Both the position numbers and the translations under genes were made by a program. The notes under the pieces are model-generated. The model did not search any database and had not been told where the DNA came from. It saw only the letters and a program-made list of their open reading frames with translations. A DNA stretch of 64,000 bases. Source: Bigelowiella natans CCMP2755. Its lineage: Eukaryota > Protista > Cercozoa. This document shows positions 56,590 to 64,000 of this stretch, piece after piece (position 1 is the stretch's first letter; each line of letters starts with the position of its first letter). The stretch covers positions 93,611 through 157,610 of the forward strand of contig ADNK01000135.1 in assembly GCA_000320545.1 (NCBI GenBank), given 5' to 3'.

Positions 56590-59500
56590 ATGATCGAGCG
56601 TCGGAGTAGGATCGGGGTGGACTCCAACCCGATCACACCAAGAATCCAGCAGAATCAACGCTCACAGCCACCTAGCCAATCTTCAACTCCGAAATCATCT
56701 CTCGGTGGAAACTTTCTACGATTTCTCTTCGGATTATCAGGTGTATACCTACGTGTCCTTTGTCTAATTCGACATTATCGAATAATATATGTCTTTGGTA
56801 TGGCACCATTAGTCCTGGTAATACTAATTATCTGTGACGAGGCAGGATTCTTAAACAAGTAAGGACCTTTGTTAGTTCATAGAGAATTTTGACGAATATA
56901 TGCTATGGGTATTATTCTAGCTTAAAAAACGCACCCAAGATGATCGACCAGCAAGTCAACCATCTTCCTTTCGCAAATCGTGCCCATAGCAAAGCCCAGA
57001 ATACGGAAATGCCTAACCGTCGCTCAGAAGAAGAGTTTGATAAATTATGGGAGCCAACGAACTACGACAAGAATACAGTGGTTAAAATGATGCAAGAAAA
57101 TAAAGGCAAATCGAAAGAGAGAGTAAAAGGTAGTGTAGTAGCGGATATCAAGAGGCTCCAGGGGAAAGATGGTGGCGCGAAGGAATTGGAAAAAGTAGTA
57201 ACAACAGTTTCTGAGAAGGATAGTAGCCCAATAGAGCCGTACACTGACTCCGGAAAGATTTGTCAATGGGGGAAGCATATCTTCGAAAATGGTTGGTCCA
57301 TCTTGCTGCTGGTTCCTATTTTTGCTGACTAGAGCTTACCCATTCTAACGTTGTGCCCTGTAAAAACTCAGGAACTTGGACTTTTGATAAGGAAGGTCAC
57401 CATCCGTACAAAGCCCTAGCTGATTATATGGTATCTGTCACTTTTACCTCATTCGCAGCAAATTCAACGCATTGAATTTTCAGGGCCGGGACGATAACTG
57501 CGATAACTCATGGCTGGAAGGAGGGACATACCGATGGAAACCGAAGGGGTTTGTCACAGTTGTTCTATACATCCAAACTCGTGCGATATGACATTGAGAA
57601 ACCCTGGAGCATTTGTATCTGAGCTACCCTCGATATTTTCTCTGCAAAACAGATGCAATTTGCACCATTTGACAAGAAAAGCATTTTGCGAGGCTCTAGA
57701 TGGGAGGTGAGGATTCAAAATAGAACACCAAAATACTTCTATTAAAGATAATTTGGCTTAGGTCTTTAATATTTGTCGGCGACTCCCTGCTGTTTCAAAC
57801 TGCTCTAGGGGTTACTGTCAAAATCTAATTTTAATATTTCCATCAATGAGCTCGCCTCTACATTTAGGCCTACTACGTGCTGAACGGAAGCATACCAAAC
57901 TTTGCCAGAGAGTGCGAAACCACAATGCCACGGTGTGGAATATTAACAGTCGTGTTAGTGCTGTAAGAATGCTATTTTTATTGAAAAAATAAACCAATCA
58001 TTTCTTAAATTGCTCTGTGAAGAAACCAAAGAATGTAAAACTGGAAATGTTTTGTATCGATTTGAAGTCATATATATAATCGATAATTTGGAAAATTATT
58101 CACGAGTTCGACCTTATCGTCCATTAATTTTCTTTTCCTTTACGCATTCTGTCTTAGAGCGACTCCAGTACAATGTCCAGAATTCTATGCTTGTGACGGG
58201 CGCGTGAAAAGTCATATATAGCTAGTTCTGGCTTTCTTAAAATGTATTGGTTACCTGGTCTAATCAGTACCATCACCATGACAGTTGGATGGGTCCGAAA
58301 CGACTTTCTTACACTTGGCGGCGTCTTTGATGATATATATCTCAACGATTCCTTACCTGTTTGTCATATCGGGGTACTATATATGTGCTCTGCATACCTA
58401 TAAGCTGTATGTACGTAGTGAAACTTTAAAGTTATTTCCGAACATATTCATCTGAGCTGTGTAAAAATATTCTTTATATCAAATTACTCATACAATTTCA
58501 ATAAGGATTGCCCCTGGGATAACATACGGCCTCCTTGGCCCTATAGGTTCCATTTCAAATTCTCCTTATTCTTCCCATCAGAACAAAAAGTGAACACCAC
58601 ATTTCCTCTCACAATTAGAGTAATGAAAGGGGATCATATCTTCATGTGGCATAAGAAGGTTAGTGCATAAAAATGACCAGAATTCATAATGTGAGATTTC
58701 AGGCTAAGCCTTTCATCGTCATGTTTAACGAATAAGTTCATCTTAAAATATATTTATTATAACCTAATTTTTTTTTCATCAGATCTTAGAATATGATATT
58801 GCTTTCCTATCAACATCCGGCCACTGGACTGGAGCACGGTGAGAGAGGGGGAGAAATTGAGATAGATATGGCTCATTTCATGTATGAGGTCCCAATCTTA
58901 GGTTGAAGGGCTCAGATCCCTTGGATTATTTTCGTCGCCATATTTGGCAAGTTGCTTCATATCTCAAGGTGAATGTATAAATATGTGTACGATAAGTAGT
59001 CAGCAACGCATCTACTATCTCGTATGATACGCTAACATTTTATCCTGATGTGCAGGATTCATACAAAGGACTAGTGGTGTGGAAAGGCCAGACTATTGGC
59101 CATGAGGATTGCCAAAAGCACACCAAACCGCTCACTAAATTACCCGACAAGGTACAGGATAATTGATGATAGACAATATTGAACGAAAATATAATCTTGT
59201 TCTTTAAATGCTGAAGATTGGGGGAAATATGCAATGGAACTGGGACAATTTTCCAAAGATGCATAGCATTGGAGAGGTAAGTCCTTGAAAGACAACAACT
59301 ATATATTTGTATTCATCCATTTCTTTTTCCAACCAGACTGCGTTCTCCTGCAAAATTCCGAATGAAAAGTTGATTACATTTGACCCTTCGATTCTAGCGT
59401 AAGTATTATTTTTAGTCCACAACAGAACAAATGGTTAAAAAAAACGATTATTTAAATTAAAGATATCGTATTGATCGGCACACAAAGCACGAATGTCTGC

Positions 59501-59915
59501 ATTACTGCATTCCAGGCCCATCAGATGTGTGGAATCAGGTTTCCCTTGTAACTGCTCTTTGACGTCTTGGTTGTTGATGTAACTAATGTGAATATTTACT
59601 CAATCATTTTGGACATTCAGTTATTAGTAAACGCACTTCTCTCTAAAGGTTATATATTTACCTAACATCAAGGACATATCTTCTATATTCTGAGTTTGTG
59701 GATACACATACGTCGCAGAACATGCCTCAGCCGCTAAACCGGATGAAAAGGACTGTCCTCCTGACCCTCCTCACATCGGAATGTACATCATTGAACAGCA
59801 AAACAATCTTAGGCTAAAATGGGAAAATGATGCACATTCTCATGACCTTTTTTCATTCAGGTTCAACATGATAAAGGGAAACAAACCGATGACGTGGTAC
59901 AAAATCAAGGCTTGA
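56590..59915 (+). CDS. TBL/ESKIMO1-like (PC-esterase, SGNH) O-acetyltransferase, type II membrane protein, multi-exon; 3' end approximate
   Basis: N-terminal TM (GMAPLVLVILII); YRWKPKG|CNLH...FCEALDGR|SLIFVGDSL (GDS); GWVRNDFL; VVWKGQTIGHEDC; WNWDNF; RIDRHTKHECLHYCIPGPSDVWNQ (family motif DC.HWC.PG..D.WN). Confidence 0.85.
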
Positions 59916-59939
59916 CTAACTCGATTGAAATTTTGCATC

Positions 59940-61500
59940 AAAAATGCATCTGTTCGTTTCATTTTGCTGTGATCACGAAAATGACCATGCTGGCATGCCC
60001 GTAACCACTTTTTGCTTCTGTTGCCGTGATGGTTGCAACAATGTGCCCACGCCTGCTAGCCTGTGCTGTGCAATCATTGTTTCTCCGCGCTTTTTGGCTA
60101 CAAGTAGGCCACATTGGCGCAGACCGTGCGCCTTGCGATCGATCATGAACCTCGCTGAGCATGCAATGCAGCCCACAAAAGTCAACGCCGTTGACCATCA
60201 AATGAATGGACAGATGAAAAAGCGAAAAATGAACAAGAAATTCGCCACGCTGAAAGTGTTCCATCGCTGAAAGCTGAACACACCTAGACACCCTCTAGAC
60301 CTGCACTTTCACAAATTCAGACTTGACAACGCTGAACAACCAGACACAATTAACTGGACAATGATGTGATGACGATGTCACTTCAATTGCAGTGGTTCAG
60401 GTGGTGTCCACTAGTCTAGTGGCTCTGCTAGTCTGACAACGTTGACCGTTCGACGCAGCGCGCGTCGCCCGACGAAAGTGTTCCAAAAGTGGTTTGAAGC
60501 CTCGTGCGTGGAATCGCACATTCGAACATGAGTTCATTGCACGCACTCGCTCATGCACCTTTCGTCAACAGATCGACAATCGACCTTGCCAGCTCCGACA
60601 CCAAGACAATGCTGGCTGTTTTTCCGAGTTGTTTTGTGGTTTGCGAATCCAAGTTGCGTGATCGACAACACTTGAGCAAATGCACGAGGTTCCATTCTTG
60701 CATGCATGGAAGGCAGCAAGGACCACCACTGCACGTTCACATGGCAAGAAAGAAAGAAACACAACGTGCTCGACGATGGCACGTGCACTGTGCTTGCTGG
60801 CTTGAACGACGAATGAATGAGTGAAGTGTTCCCACTTGTTCAGTCGAAAGGACAGCTGGCACTGGGACAGGCACGAATGAATGACTCCAAAAGCAAGCAT
60901 TGCAATCCAGTTCCACAATGAAACAATGAAACAATGAAACAATGAAACAATGAAACAATGATGATGCAGTGCATTTCCAAAGTGTTGCAAGACATTTGCA
61001 GTGTGCGAAACGCAGTGCCTCGACGAACCTCGAACTAGCTTCCACAATGAAACAATGAAACAATGATGAAAAACTACATTTCCAAAGTGTTGCAAGACAC
61101 TTGCAGCGTGCAAAATGCAGTGCCTCGAACTGGCTTCAGTGAGGACTGTGACTAGCAAATCAACCAGCTGGTTTGCCAAAATGGCATGACTTGGTCATTG
61201 AGAAGCAATGACATTGGCAGCAAAATTCTGACGGCGCAAGACCTCCACTCTGAGCAAAAACTTCCTGAAGGCCATGTCCACATGACGATCTACGATTGGA
61301 TCATCTGAGGGGGCCCCCAGCAGAATTTTGGTTTTGGAGGAGTCTGGAGCGTCAAAGAATGAGGAGTGGAGGGAAGAAGCTGAACTCAAAGCTGATCTCA
61401 TGAGCGAGAAAAGCTTGCATCTCTCTGCATTCAAATGAGTGCAATGATGGATGAGGTGGTTGACACTTTGAACAACTCCAGCATTGCAAAGAGGACACAC
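59940..61500. other. TpA-depleted island E containing a LINE remnant
   Basis: No TA seen in ~60435-61030. Residual TAs elsewhere are mainly CTAG, CTAC or GTAG. Confidence 0.85.
60911..61137. repeat. Two ~100-130 bp tandem units each with (ACAATGAA)n; likely LINE 3' tail/UTR
   Basis: (acaatgaa) x~5-6 at 60915-60961 and x~3 at 61044-61066, each followed by catttccaaagtgttgcaagaca.ttgcag.gtgc.aaa.gcagtgcctcga. Confidence 0.8.
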
Positions 61501-61600
61501 CGAGAAAGAGGGGGGCAGGTTGTAAATTTTAGCCCTGTGTTCCTCTGTTTCCACAGCAGCTGAAGGGGTTGTGAAGGCCGAAGAAAACCGGACAGCTTCC
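61195..61600 (-). mobile_element. 5'-truncated non-LTR retrotransposon (LINE) fragment, C-terminal CCHC zinc-knuckle region
   Basis: VCPLCNAGVVQSVNHLIHHCTHLNAER (CxxC..HxxxxC typical of the LINE ORF2 C-terminus), then ILLG and a stop, followed by a tandem-repeat tail. Confidence 0.7.
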
Positions 61601-61785
61601 TTTTCCGAAGAAAGACAGCCACAGAATGATTCCGTAGAATAAAAACGGCCTACAATTCGTAATGACGACTTGCAGTGGACGACGACACCGCGTTCGAACG
61701 AGGACGGAACCAGAAAGGAGGAGCAGGGCGAAAACAGCGATAACCATTGGACACCACCTTGCAATCGATTGATCGTAAAACACAC

Positions 61786-63447
61786 ATGGTTGACATTGTC
61801 TCCAAGTATTGGGAGAAGCGCTTTGCTGCTGAAAACAAGGCAGGGGCGAGGTCCGGTCCCATTTCACAGCCCGAGATTATTGCAATGATGTAGGTTCCTG
61901 TCTTGCTGCAAATTGTTCAGATCAGAAGAGTGGATTGCTGGTGCATCAGAGGCTTCGGCGCTAATCTTGAGCAAACTAGAAGAACTGAGAATCGATCCAA
62001 AGACAGCAAGAGTTCTAATTCTTGCTTGCGGAACTTCTTCTCTGGTACTTTGATGGTCCCATCAAATGATTTTTTGCCCTAAGCATGTTACTACCCATTT
62101 AGGTGTGCAAGATTCACGATGCCGGCTTCAAGGATATAACCTGTACAGATATATCTCCTTCTGCAATTAATATTCAGAAGGTACCTCACCAAGAACTTGC
62201 CGCATAATTATGTTGAATCTTCTTACCATGGTACTCCAAATCAGAGTCTGCACGGTATATCACGTCCTTCCATTCGATTTGTTACTGCGGATTCTACGGT
62301 AATAAATTATGACCCACTATGTTCCAGACAAATGTTTCTCTTCCTTTCTATGAGTGCTTTACTGACTGGAGATGAACGGTATGCAGACATTATCTAAGGG
62401 GTTCCCTGCTGAGAAATTCGATGTGGTAGTAATGGCTTGATTGATTTTTTTTGCTATGAATTTCCGCCTCCGTAGTAATGTCATCATGCTCCATAAGCAC
62501 CCGTACATGTCGCTATAACTATATATCTGATATTTTTCGATATATAACCAAGCATGACAATTCATCCAGGTGATTGATAAATGTGGTTGCGATTCTATCA
62601 TGTTCAGAAGGTTATGGAGTATAATTATTTTGATGGAATCGATGCATGATGTGTGCCTTGTCATTGCAATTCTACTACTAATCCTACTACTATGGTTATT
62701 ATCAGATAGTAATGAATCTTGACAACAGCAGCAATATACAGACCGATTTCCTGAATTTTGTTTTTGCGAGCGTGGATTGTTGATATCTGCCCTTTCCCAT
62801 ATCAATTCTTCTTTTCATGAAGAAAATAGCTCCTTTAATTCTTTGCTGCAGTTTATCTTTCTTCTCTGTCCTGCATGTTGTGCCAACTGTTCTAATACAA
62901 TGTATTAATTATAGCCGTCGAGTTACTGGTGAACAGCTAGCTCGCCGTATGTTTGGACAAGTCATTAAGGTTGCAAGGATGATGATGATAATGATGATGA
63001 TGATAATGGCACCCATAGATGCGTACAATTAGCGTCGTAGTTATCTCACTATGTGGGATAGTAATGAAGGGAACGGATATCATACAGAGGCCACTGCAAT
63101 GTTTCTATCCTTCGTCACGTTCGTTTACTATAGTGTGCATTTAGAGGACAACGCTACTGTTTTGATTCATTAGGTACTCAATCCGGAAGGGGGATTGTTC
63201 TTTATGGTACTAGACGAATAATACGATAGTAATACAGCATGCGCTTCTAAATGATGATGATGCTGATGATGAAAAGAAGGAATCCTTATACGACGTACTG
63301 CCTACTACATTTAGTTCTCAGTCAGCAAATATCGACTACATTTGCTAATGGATCCGCTGTATGATGGCGGCAACATGCGCGATGGAGAAGTGCAAGAAGA
63401 CAAGAAGAAAGACCAGACTCGTCAAGTTCAAGCACAATTCAACGAAG

Positions 63448-63487
<40 letters not shown>

Positions 63488-64000
63488 CGACGACGACGAC
63501 TCCAACAACATGAAAGAAACATCCCGTGACGCAGGAGGCAAATCTCCAGCCGCTGGCGAAAAGCGCCGCCGTGTTCAACATCGAGGCACGGCGTGGAAGA
63601 CAGCTCCCTTGAAGGTCGGCAGCCATGTTTGGGGGGTGGATAAGGGTGCAATTTCTGACTGTGTTCTTTGCATTCCGATTGGCATAATACTACTATGATA
63701 GATAGAAGAGAAGGGACAACAATTGCGTGCATCCGTTGCAAACTGATAATGTTCATCTCTTGTCCTAATATGCACTTCCCCCCCCCCACCCCCCCTGTGA
63801 TAACAATAATTATTGTTATCTTTAACAGATCCCTTGGTATCTTCTGAAGAGAGACAATTTCATCTCCCTGGAACAGTCTCAAATACTCTGGGAATTCAAG
63901 GACTATTGCTGCTGTCAAGAAGATAGAAAGCAAGCTGTGTACCCTTCTTTGTTGTTCTTTCGATCCTTGCTTTCTAACTCCTTTCGATGGATACGTTTAC
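61786..64000 (+). CDS. Class I SAM-dependent methyltransferase (METTL13/EEF1AKMT4-like), multi-exon; 3' end not resolved
   Basis: MVDIVSKYWEKRF...|SEEW...RVLILACGTSSL (motif I)|...IHDAGFKDITCTDISPSAI|...IRFVTADST|GFPAEKFDV|VIDKCGCDSIMF|...VLNPEGGLFF. Confidence 0.8.

Noticed and set aside
61600-61785. 5' part of ORF 61195-61785 as LINE sequence
   Set aside because: No RT motifs; it more likely is the promoter/5' region of the + strand methyltransferase.
61786-64000. The SAM methyltransferase as the enzyme behind the hypermutation
   Set aside because: Its motifs match METTL13/EEF1AKMT4-like protein methyltransferases and no DPPY/NPPY adenine-MTase motif was seen. Adjacency to an island is not evidence.

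Overview
Intron-rich eukaryotic nuclear DNA with many microsatellite-laden GT-AG introns. Signal+transit-type leaders and a green-lineage plastid-type membrane protein suggest a secondary-plastid alga such as a chlorarachniophyte (inference). Spliced genes that can be pieced together: an unknown large protein (+, 5' end outside the window), an ABCC/MRP transporter (+), protoporphyrinogen oxidase (-), RNA Pol II RPB7 (-), a probable mitochondrial bS21 (+), a Tpa1/OGFOD1 prolyl hydroxylase (-), an NHL-repeat protein (+), a plastid-type membrane protein (-), a Pex26-like peroxin (+), a TBL/PC-esterase O-acetyltransferase (+) and a class I SAM methyltransferase (+, 3' end not resolved). There is also a LINE 3' remnant. 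The standout signal is a set of intergenic islands in which TpA has been almost completely erased: by eye, one TA in about 2.8 kb at 18968-21782. Surviving TAs sit mostly in CTA/TAG (CTAG), and tandem-repeat copies show independent TA->TG/CA/CG changes. Introns keep long (TA)n runs. This looks like a RIP-like but adenine-directed (A:T->G:C) hypermutation of non-genic and repeat DNA. Exon boundaries and dinucleotide counts were read by eye and are approximate.
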